64,000 nucleotides of DNA from Callorhinchus milii (Eukaryota): contig NW_024704743.1 in the NCBI RefSeq assembly GCF_018977255.1, forward strand, positions 8,372,001 to 8,436,000, read 5' to 3'. Position 1 is the first letter of the stretch; every line of letters starts with the position of its first letter. The notes below the pieces were generated by a model, which worked only from the letters and a program-made list of their open reading frames with translations, had not been told where the DNA came from and searched no databases. The translations under genes and the position numbers were made by a program. This document shows positions 1 to 49,519 of this stretch, piece by piece.

Positions 1-357
1 ACTTCACAGGATATCCTGTAAATTTGTAGGTGAATACTAAATTTGTAGTATTTTGTAGGCGAGGCCGGCAGCCAGTTTGCATACAGCTATGCATCACAAA
101 CAGCCATGGAGTGAATGACCAATTTTATTTGGGAGATTGTTGGCCAAGACACCTCTGTTCTTTGAGTAGTGCCATGGGATCTTTAACGTCCATCTGAACA
201 GGCAGATGGACCTTGGTTTAATGGCTCATCCGAAGAACAGCACCTCCCAACAATGCAGCACATCCAACACTGCAATGGAGTACCAGCTTAGACTTGGGAG
301 TTCAAAGTTCTGACGTTGAGCTTGAACCCACAAGCTTTTGACTCAAGGTACAGTAGT
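1..357 (-). mobile_element. Deu-domain SINE (SacSINE1/AmnSINE1-related), old copy, cut by the window edge
   Basis: gtagtgccatgggatctttaacgtccatctgaacaggcagatgg...ggtttaa...tcatccgaa is the reverse of the recalled Deu core; degenerate tRNA-like head at about 310-357. Confidence 0.7.
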
Positions 358-371
358 ATTATGAGGAGCTA

Positions 372-39689
<39,318 letters not shown>

Positions 39690-39717
39690 TGTCCCTTTTT
39701 TTAAAAAAAAACTGTCG

Positions 39718-39738
39718 TTATTTCCTTTTCACCCGCAT
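39718..39738 (-). other. Second short uORF MRVKRK*
   Basis: ATG CGG GTG AAA AGG AAA TAA, weak Kozak (ctgATGc), stops 28 nt before the KIF5B ATG. Confidence 0.45.
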
Positions 39739-39945
39739 CAGCAGCAAAACAATAAATAAGATATCTGAGACGGTTCCACGTTAGTGTTTGTCTTGTCTCG
39801 CGCTTCCCCCGCCCCCTCCGGCGTTTCGATAAAAAGCTTCCTCCGCCGGCTGCAGAGGGAATTGAAGGGGTGAAGGAAGGTGGTGGAGGAGGTGGTCCTG
39901 CTCCTGACGGCCACTTTTTTTTCCCCCCCTCTGTCCTCTTCGCCT

Positions 39946-39972
39946 TCACTTCCGATCCAACATGGCCACCAT
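39946..39972 (-). other. Upstream ORF MVAMLDRK* in the probable KIF5B 5' leader
   Basis: ATG GTG GCC ATG TTG GAT CGG AAG TGA read on the minus strand; TSS not determined. Confidence 0.6.
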
Positions 39973-40825
39973 TAAAGACCGGCGAGCGCCCGGGCCACGG
40001 CCTCGCTCTGGCTCCGCGGGAGGAGGGGAATGGGCACCAGCGCGCAGGCGCGACCCCCTCGTGACGTCACCACTGCGGAGGACGTGCGCGCGCCGCTGCC
40101 CCGGTAACCGCAAGTCAAACGTCTCTTTCCAATATCTCGCGTGTAAGAGTCACACCCGGAAGCCACGTGAACAAAATCACTTCTTGTTGTGGTGTGTGTG
40201 TGAGAGAGAAAGAGAGAGAACGAGCGCGGGAGGAGGAATGGAAGGGACTTGGTGCTTGCATTCGCCAGGAGGGGAGAGAATAAAGTAATAAAGGAGGCGG
40301 CGTGAAACCACGACACAGGAGGAGGAGGAGCCGCCGCGACCTCGCTCCTCGAGTGAGACGCTGCCCGGAAGGATTGTGGGTGATATGGCAATCACGTGGC
40401 GCTCACTGGCAGCGGATGCGCTGAACGGATGACATCATCATGCGCGGCGGCTCAAACGTCGCGAGATTTCGGCCTCGCCGGCGGGGCTGGCGCGGCGTTC
40501 GGTCCGATGGAGGAGGGGACCGCCCCCCCACCGCCGCCTTGTCACGTGACCCAAAGCAGGCACGTGCCTGGCTTGGCTGCTGAGCTCACTGTGGGGGGAG
40601 GAGGGGATTCCTTTGGCTGAGATGAGTTGCATTGGCCCAACGGGAGACGTCGAGGCAGTTCCGTTGCGACTCTGCCGTCGCTTTGCCGGCGCAGCCTCAG
40701 CAATGCCGTTGGGTCGGGCGCGATACTCGACTGCGAATCGACGGCCTCAAAGGCCCGGACGTTTGCCCACGTTCACGTTCCTGGAAATGATCCCTGCCTT
40801 GTGGGAGAATAATAATAATAATACT

Positions 40826-40920
40826 GGAGTCCTGTAGCTCAGTGGTTAGAGCACTCGCTTTGCAAGTGAGAGACCTGAGTTCAATTCCCGGCAGAGGGCG
40901 AAACCTCGGGCAAGTTTCCT
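40826..40920 (+). mobile_element. SINE tRNA-like head only, at the CpG-island edge
   Basis: ggagtcctgtagctcagtggttagagcactcgctttgcaagtgagagacctgagttcaattcccggcagagggcgaaacctcgggcaagtttcct. Confidence 0.85.
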
Positions 40921-41157
40921 CAGTATCTCTGCTAATCGTGTTAAAATCTATTTTATCCCATTGTGCCTGTGCTGGCTCTAAAAAACGCTATCTGTTTATT
41001 CCCATTCTCATACCCTTTTATATTTCTCCTTTTCAAATATTTGTCCAATTTCCTCTTAAAAGGTAACACTGTAACTCCCCTCAAACTGTACGAACACAGC
41101 TGCTTCCTTCGCCCTACCTGCCCCACCATCAGATGTTGAGCTTTCAGCCTATCTATG

Positions 41158-41955
41158 GAGTGCTGTCATGAAGTGTTTAGCCGCTCGCCTCGCAAGTGAG
41201 AGGACTCGGGCAGGGCAAAACTTGGGCAAGTTTCCTTACTTCACACTTGCCAATCAATCTGCCAATCGACTACTTGTTAGTCGATTGGCAGATTGTTTTT
41301 CCAGGGATAATAATCCCTGCAAAAAAATAATAATAATGAGGTCACTCAATCCACAACTGTTTGTGGGACACTGCTCGACATCACGGATCAACATCAAGAT
41401 TCTCTTGTTTGTTTTCAAATCACTTGATTCCCTTGCACTTCCCTACCTATGCGACCCCCACCTCCCATTCCACCAACCGCTGCCTCCACTCAGCTGGCTC
41501 TGGCCCCCTATTAGCCCCTTGCGTGCTCAGTTCCACTATCGGTGGCTATGCCTTCAGCCACTACAACAACAACAACAACAAGATTCCATTTATAAAGCGC
41601 CTTTCACGTCAGGAGGACGTCCCAAGGCGCTGCACAGTTGGGTCATGACCCGAGCCGAGGGGAAATGGTGAGGGGAGGGAAGGGAGGGAGCGAGGAGGGG
41701 GAAGAGAGTCGAGAGGGGAGCTGAAGGCTCGGTCAAAGAGAAAACTACACCCCGAAACGCTGGAATTCTCTCCCTCAGTCCCTCCGCCTAGCCCCCTCCC
41801 TCCCCACCTTTGAGTCCTTTGATCACTTCCTTTTTGATTGTGCTTATGGTTACTTCCCCCCTCCCTCCCCCCGACTCTTTGTCAGACTCTGCCACTGTGA
41901 AGCGTGGCAGGATGCTGCCCTGAGTGAAAACGCTACATAAAATGCAAGTTGTTGA
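41158..41955. mobile_element. Cluster: SINE (+, 41158-41372), L2 3' end (+) with a nested young L2 tail (-, 41563-41743)
   Basis: RINIKILL..FKSL..LA.PYL L2 peptide; (caa)n tail followed by sequence nearly identical to 63251-63430. Confidence 0.8.
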
Positions 41956-42056
41956 AGTTAGGTGACTATTAGAATGTGCTGCAGCAGTTTGTTCAATTAA
42001 TTTTTAAATTTTCCTTCAGGAGTCATTTTATAATTTCATTTTCATAGCTAATCAAA

Positions 42057-42352
42057 TAATAATAATACTTGCATTTGACGTCTTCTCGACATCTCAAAGC
42101 GCTTCACAAAATAGACTGTAAATTGAATTGACTGTATATTTGTGGGCGAAACACGGCAGCCAGTTGCGCACAGCAGTGTCCCACAAAGAGTCGTGGATTG
42201 AAAATGACCAATTTATTATTGCTTTGTTTTGGAGGGATTATTATCAGGCGTATGGAGTAAGGAAACTTGCCCAAGGTTTCGCCCTGCCGGGAATTGAACC
42301 CAGGTGTCTCGCTTGCAAGGCAAGTGCTCTAACCACTGAGCTACAGGACTCC
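42057..42352 (-). mobile_element. tRNA-derived SINE with 8-bp target-site duplication TAATCAAA
   Basis: TAATCAAA at 42049-42056 and 42353-42360. Confidence 0.9.
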
Positions 42353-42624
42353 TAATCAAAACCCTGTTTTGAGTTGGTTTTATTAAATAGATTGTTTTAT
42401 TGATCTATTATTATATAATTTAAAATGAAAAATTGTTGCTCTAACTCCTGTCACTCAAAAATATCATGCGATATTCTCTTGTTCAATCCCACTCTTTACC
42501 CCAGTCCTACAGACAGCCATCGCACATTTCCACAGTGACTATTAATATAAATCTGAAAGTCAGAGAGAGAAAGATCCACTCACACAAAGTGAAGACTTAT
42601 ACAATGTCCAGGTCCCAGCTTTTA

Positions 42625-43005
42625 AACAACAAAATTACATTTGTATAGAGCCTTTCAAGTTGGGAGGACATCCCAAGGCGCTGGACAGTCAGTTTCCAAC
42701 CCAAGCTGGGGGTCGGGATTGGGGCAGGGGGGGAAGGAGGGTGATTAAAAGCACAGTCAAAGAGGAGGGTCTTGAGATGGGTCTTGAAGGAGGTAAGGGA
42801 GGGAGCAAGGCGGGGGAACTGTGGGATGGAGTTCCAGAGGGTGAGGGCAGAAGGCCTGCCCATCAATGGTGGGGCGGGCGAGGTGGGGGATGTGAACCAG
42901 CCTGAAGCCTGCTGAGCAGAGGGAGCGGGCAAGTTGGTAGGGAAATTAGGAGGGCGCAGAGGTAGGGGCGAGCAAGGCCATGGAGGGCTTTGAAAGTGAA
43001 GACCA
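42625..43005 (-). mobile_element. L2 LINE 3' end
   Basis: LWNSIP..RLAPSL.SFKT.LKTLLFD.AF in ORF 42597..42932. Confidence 0.85.
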
Positions 43006-45569
43006 TTCTAATCCTTAAAGATATTCAATAATATTTACAGCCAAAAACAATTCTGTTATTTTTAAAAATCTATTAAGTTTCGTCTGCCTTTTTAGGGTGG
43101 TTATTAACATTCCACTTCAAAAACAGAAGGGAGTTTTGCTGGTGTCCTGCCCAATACTCCGCCAGATAAAATTGTTCATTCATATTCACGCGTGGCTGTT
43201 TATGGGATATTGCTGTGCACAAATTGGCTGCCGTATTACAGTCATCATACTTTACAGTAAATCCTGTGAAGTGTTTTGAGATGTTTCAATGACGTGATAA
43301 GGTGATGTATCAAATGCAAGGATTATGATTGATTATTGTTAGAGTAAGTAGCACTATCTTTAGCACCAAGCGGCCTTCTCTTCTGCTGTAATTTTTATGA
43401 TTTCCATGTTCTGTTTACAGATCAATCTTGGACTTTTTCCCACATCTTTGCTGAATGTGTTTGTTTTACTGGATGCCAGAAGCTAACAACGAGACAATAC
43501 TGAAGAAGTCACAAGTGCATCATTGTTACAACCATCAGTTTCCAGTTTAACTGCACAGTTACTTATAAAATTGATCAACAGTACAATTTTAACAAGCTGT
43601 TATTGTCTGTAACGTTGCTTGATTTCCCCTAGGCTCGGTTCCTTGAGTCTGTCTTGTTCCATTGTGCTGAGAGAATTTTTGCTCATTGTTACAGAATGAC
43701 AAGCAGCAGCCTTGATGTGTCAGCAGCAGTCAATAGTCAATTGTGCCCACAAAATATACAGTCAATTCACTTTACACTTTACGCTTCTGTGAAGCGCTTT
43801 GACATATCTCGAAGATGTGATAAGTCGCTATTTCAAATTCAAGGATTATTTTTATTAATACATTTGGAAACTGTGCTGGCAGTGTATAGCTTCTTATTCG
43901 TTGGTAAAAAAAAACAAAGAATCGCCAAGCAAGGAGGTAAAGGGCTGGTCATAGGCATACATTTTTAAGAGGTCTTTGAAGGTAGGAAGAGAAGGCACAA
44001 GTAAATTAATTTTAGTAGAGAGTTCCTGAGAGCAGGGCCATCGTATCTGAAGACTTGATCTCTGTAGAGTGAAGTAAGAACAAGCAGTACACTAGAGATG
44101 GAAGAGTGAGTGGGCAGGAAAATAAATTGCTAAGGGAGGGAGGAGTAAGATCATGAAGAGATTTGAAGGTCAAGATGACAATCCTGAAGTTACTCTTCAA
44201 CAATAACTTGTATTTATATAGCACTCTTCCTGCAAGGTAGCATCTCAGAGCCCTTTTGTGGTAGGGAGAACCAATGCAAAGCTCGGGGTAATGGATGTGC
44301 AGAGCCTGATGCAGGAGAGTACAAGGCTGCAGAGTTTATAGAGTGGAACTGAGAGATCTGCCAAGAGAAACTTCAAGATATCTCTTCTCTGTACTCTTTT
44401 ACAATGTATCACAGGAAGTTCTTTAAAAGAACCAGCTTCGAAATTAAGTCAAATTTTTAAAATTCGATGTGACCTTGAATTCAAGCCAATAAAGATCTTT
44501 TAAGCTAAGGTTTGGTGGAATTTGAGTCTCAAAGTGATGAAAGTATGGATAGGAATTTGGCAATGTTAGGATAAGATAAGGATGTTCTTCAAACAGGCGA
44601 ACTGAAAAAAAGGCGATTTTAGTCAAGGACCGGATGAAAGGTTTGCAGCAGAGCAGAGGATCAAACAAAATGTCATGGCTACACACTAGCCCTAATAACC
44701 AGAGCGAAGAGCCAGGGAGCTTGGCAGAGTTGGAGACAGAGACAAGAAGTCATTAATGCAAGCCAAGCAGAACAGCTTCAGTTTTGTTGACATTCAACTG
44801 AAGGAAGTTAAGGCTCATCCAGGACCTGGTGTCTGGCAATCAGTCAGACAGCAATGATTCTGGAATTGAATAGAAGAGCACATATATAGGTATAGCTGGG
44901 TGTCATTGGTACATATATATATATATATATATATATACAAACACTTGTGTGTCAGCCTGGCTAACTTGTTAGAGCTATCGCCTCTGCGTCATAAGGTTAT
45001 GGGTTCAAGTTGAGACTTTGACTCGCTGACTCTCGAGTACAACAACAAATTACATGTGTATAGTGCCCTTCACATCAGAAAGACGTCCCAGGGCGCTGGA
45101 CAATCAGGGGTTTTGGACCTGAGCTGGGAGTTGTGGTCAGAAGGGGAGGAAGGCAGGGGGGTGGGAATGGGAGGAACTGAGTTTTATTAAGAACTGTAAG
45201 ATCAGTTCAATGTTTTGCCCAAGAACCTTTAAACTTTGTTAGTTTTGCATTTGAACATTTCTTTTGTATTTTCTGCATTCAGACCAGAGTTTGGCTATAG
45301 CTGTCCACATCAATTCCAATTTGAAAATCTCCTGTTGGAGTTGTCATGGACCGCACTCCAAATCAAATCACTGTTTGTTCATCTGTCTCCAATCAAAGTA
45401 ACACTGCACAGAAACTATATCAAATCAACACAAATTGTATTGTTTAACTGAAGGATTCATTACAAATCAGTAGTACTTCTTGTAAACTAATGGGGTTGTA
45501 TAAGATTCTAAACTGATCAATACTTTTATATCTTAGAAGTACTATCTTCCTAGGAGGTGGGGGGGAGGT

Positions 45570-46110
45570 AAGCTGAACTGATGACATTCCAAGTGACATG
45601 TTTGGTAATGGAATATCAGAATTGAGCCGTCTGCGGTGGTCTCAACAGTCCAGTTCTTGAGCCAGTGGGATCTGCAATATTCCAACTCACTGCTGATGAA
45701 AACACAGCCAGCCGCGCTCACAGGCAAACCAGTCACTGTGAGGCATAGACTCTTCTCACTCAGCTCTTCTTATTCCTGCAAGCCAAAGCCCTAAGAGGTA
45801 GAGTGGTCCTAGCTGGATAAGCAGCAGGAAAGCTTGCCAGATGTTGCTTTAATGCCAAACATAGGTTTTAACTGGTTAGACTCCAGCAGTTACCCCAATA
45901 CACACTCTGGGGTCCTCAGCCTTGGCTCTTACCAACTTCCGCCTGATAGTTCCAGAATGAAACAAGCAGGATGCATCCCTCCAGCGAGAGAGTGTGCATT
46001 CCATTCTAATAAACATCTCTGAAATGTAGGCAAGATCCACAAACTCTCAGTTTGGTTTGGATACTCTTAAGCATGATGGTGGGTTTCTGCATGTTTCAGA
46101 TACCCGGCTC
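45570..46110 (+). repeat. Unclassified ~550-bp dispersed repeat, copy A
   Basis: Colinear with 61013-61540 (e.g. actcagctc..cctgcaagccaaagc, gactccagcagttaccccaatacacac, agccttggctctt). Confidence 0.8.
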
Positions 46111-46499
46111 ACCAAGAAAAGAAACTTTTATAATCGCAGTATGTGAAATGTGTTATATCCCTAATAAAAGCAAAATGAACGCATCTTTAACTATCAGTAT
46201 TGCCTGTTTTTTCTGGTGGTGTCTTGAAACTGACTGCTTGTTCAACACATGTGAAACTGGTCTGTAAACATCACATGCTGCTCATGTGGCACACCTCCTC
46301 TGCTCCCCAGGGCATACAGTCAATCTAATCTACAAAAATCTACTGGAAATATATTGGGCTGTTTCATGTCAAGTTACCAATAATTTAAGAACCAGAATTT
46401 TGCAAAAAGGAAAGATTTATTGTGAAGTGATAATCTGTTGATTTGTGACTGTATACCCCACCTCCTTAGATTAGAATATACAATTTGAAGAGTGATAAT

Positions 46500-46880
46500 A
46501 AAAAAATTCTTACATTCGATATAGCTCCTTTCATGTCAGGAGGACGTATCAAAGCACTTCACAGCATTTCTTATTGTAAAATAGTGTACATTTATAGGCA
46601 AACACGGCAGCCAATTTACACACAGCAATGTCCCAAATAGAGCCATGAAATAAATGACATTGGCCACTGGGAGAAACACCCTTCACTTTTCAAGTAGGGC
46701 CACAGGATCTTTAATGTCCACCAAAATAGGCAGTTTAACATCTTTTTAAGGAAAGTACCTCCAGCAACGCATTGGAGTGTCAACCTAGACTATGTGAGTT
46801 GAAAGTCCCAACATGCAGCTTGAGCCTACAACCTTATACTCAGAGGCAAGAGTGCTACTAACTGAGCCAGGCTGACATTA
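46500..46880 (-). mobile_element. Deu-domain SINE, near full length, degenerate
   Basis: ggatctttaatgtccacc core plus reverse tRNA-like head ending ...actgagccaggctgaca. Confidence 0.7.
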
Positions 46881-47893
46881 CTCAAGAAACACAAAAGAGA
46901 AGGTTAATACATAGTATTAATTTGGGACGTCCTCCCGACGTGAAAAGCGCTATATCAAATGCAAGGATTATTATTATTATTATTATTATCTCTACATCTA
47001 CCAGCTGCTAAAAGGTAAAAACCACATTGAAAGACATGCCTGTGTTTTGTATTTTAAGTTCACAAAGCGTACGGGGATAATTGAAGCCATGAGACTGTCC
47101 ACTGTAGCCTGAGGGTTTGAAACTGATGTGCAAGAACATGAGAGCTCTGGACATCCAGTTTAACTTTCCTCCCACTTCAGCACTAACTGGATAATGTGAC
47201 AATCTCTTTTTACTTTGTTTCTAAACTTCTGTAATGATGAAAGTTTTACTTTGGTTTTTACCTAACTTTGTGGCAAAATAGGCCATGGTTACAATAGTTG
47301 ACAGATAGATTGGTCGCATACGGTACAATTCAAAATTACATTTGTATTGTGCCTTTCACATCGGGAGGACATCCCAAGGCGCTGACGTCCCAAGGTGTTG
47401 GCTTACAATATGTAATAAGACAGAACTTTAAAAATTTGATGCAAATATTTAATTTTAAGGTAGCTTGGGTTTTTATTTTACACTTAAAAACACCCACTCC
47501 CTAAACCACACACCCACCCTGCTACCCACATGGCCAATTATTCAACACTATAGAATTTTAGAATTATACTGCACAGAAGGAGCCCATTCGGCCCATTGTA
47601 ACCGAATTATCCAAATCAATCCCACTCCCCCGCTCTCTTCCCATAGCCTTGCAAATTTGTCTTCCCCAAATATCTATTTACTTCTCTTTTGAAAGTTGTC
47701 GGCTTCCACCACCTTTTCAGGCAATGCATTCCAGATCCAAACAACTCGCTGCGTGAAAAATGTTTCTCCTCATCTCCCCTCTGGTTTAGTAGTAGTGGTC
47801 TTATCAACAAATGGGGAACATTGATACTAGTTTATAAAGCTCATTAGTTTACAACTTTATAATCTTTGCAGTAATGTGTTCAGGTCCTAAATT

Positions 47894-48190
47894 GAAGTCC
47901 TGTAGCTCAATGGTTAGAGCACTCGCTTTGCAAGCAAGAGACCTGGGTTCAATTCCCGGAAGGGTGAAACCTTGGGCAAGTATCCTTACTCCACACACCT
48001 GATAATAATCCCTCAAAACAAAATTGGTCATTTCAATCAGTGACTGTTTGCGGGAAGCTGCTGTGCGCAATTGGCTGCCGCACTTCGCCCACAAATATAC
48101 AGTCAATTCACTTTACAGTCTATTCTATGCGTTTTGAGACATTTAGAAGACGTGAAAAGCGCTATATCAAATGCAAGGATTATTATTATT
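47894..48190 (+). mobile_element. Young tRNA-derived SINE, full length (possible TSD TAAATT)
   Basis: Head gaagtcctgtagctcaatggttagagcactcgctttgcaag through tail aatgcaaggattattattatt. Confidence 0.9.
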
Positions 48191-48684
48191 TTAAATTATT
48201 TATTGTTGGTTAATTTCTCATTTTTATCCATAGTTCCCCCTGAAAATTAGCACGAAATTCAGAAGTAAAACAAATGCTGCTGCAAAGAATACTTTAGAGA
48301 ATTTTCACTTTGGGATCTAATTTATGGTATTTTTTAACAAGATTCCTTAATGAGAAACATTGTTATATTTTTGGGGGAACTCTTCTTCAGACGTAAACTC
48401 CATTTGTGTGCAGTTCCCATTGGTCAGGGTGACGTATTTCTGAACACCAAATCAATTGACTTTGATTACCTATTAAGGAATCCTATGAAGAAATATTGCA
48501 AAATAGACCCCTTATTAAAATTAGGAAAACACGTAAACATACTGTCCAAATGAAACTGAAGTATTATATTCATCTCTGATGTTGAATACACTCCGCACAG
48601 TCCTGATGTAAAACATCAAATGCAAGAATTATTGTATACCCCATTGCAAAAATACATACAGTACTTTAAGTCACTTTTCTCAAT

Positions 48685-48702
48685 TGTCCAGCAGAGGGCA
48701 GC
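48685..48702 (+). promoter_or_regulatory. CTCF-like site
   Basis: tgtCCAGCAGAGGGCAGC matches the CTCF core consensus. Confidence 0.55.
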
Positions 48703-49419
48703 TTTAGTAAGCTTTGTACATGAGTCACAAAACAGCAATTGATTGTGGATGATAATATTAATACTAATACTTGGATTTCCTGAGAGCAGCTTATCACATC
48801 ATTGAAATTCAAAGCACTTCACAGGATTTACTGTAAAGTGTAGTGAATGTGTATTTTGTAGGCGAACTCAGTAGCCAATTTACACACTGCAAATGTCCCA
48901 CAAACAGCCATGAAGCGAATGACCAATTTTATCCTTGGGACTGTTGGCCAGGACATTGGAAGAAATCTCTTCTCTTTTTTAGTAGCGCCATAGGATCTTT
49001 AACATCCACCTGGATAGACAGGATCTCATTTAAGCATCCCATCTAAAGGACAGATTCTCTTCAGTAAATATAAAAACTGTTGATTCCATTAAATGGTACA
49101 TTTTTGTGCAATTTTGTATATGAAAAATATCCTACAAATAACAGCAAATAAGTTTATTTTCTTTGAACTCCTCTATTGATATTTCTGTGTTGTATCATTT
49201 TGGAGGGTATTTAGCCTTTTTCCCCCCAATAATAACACCTGCATTTAATTATAGCACCTTCCATGTCAGGAGGCCACATGAAAGCACTTCACAGAATTTA
49301 ACGTAAAACGTAGTGACTGTGTATTTTGTTTGCGAAAATACATCTACTCTGGCCTCCTCACACTACTTTCACTGACTCTTGGGGATATAACTTTCTCCTA
49401 GACATAAAATGTTGGGAAA

Positions 49420-49519
49420 AAAAAACAAAAGCCGCTGGGAACACACAGTGGGCAAGGCAGCATCTATGGAAAGAGAAAAATTAGTTAATGTTTCAGGTCT
49501 AATGACCTATTCGTCAGCA
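49420..49519 (-). mobile_element. Second Penelope-type relic with hammerhead core
   Basis: Minus strand: tgCTGACGAat-aggtc-atta-gacct-GAAACattaac...tctctttccatagatgctgcc. Confidence 0.6.

Noticed and set aside
39701..40837. Several 60-140 aa ORFs over the CpG island as a divergent protein gene
   Set aside because: Low-complexity products of GC-rich sequence; no recognisable domain or downstream + strand exons
40826..40900. tRNA-Ala(TGC)-like gene (also at 15443, 47894 and reverse copies)
   Set aside because: Continues into SINE body sequence, acceptor stem does not pair properly, and the anticodon varies among copies (TGC, CAC, CGC); these are SINE heads, not tRNA genes
44912..44937. (TA)n, (ATT)n and (CAA)n microsatellites here and elsewhere
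   Set aside because: Simple repeats, mostly retroelement tails
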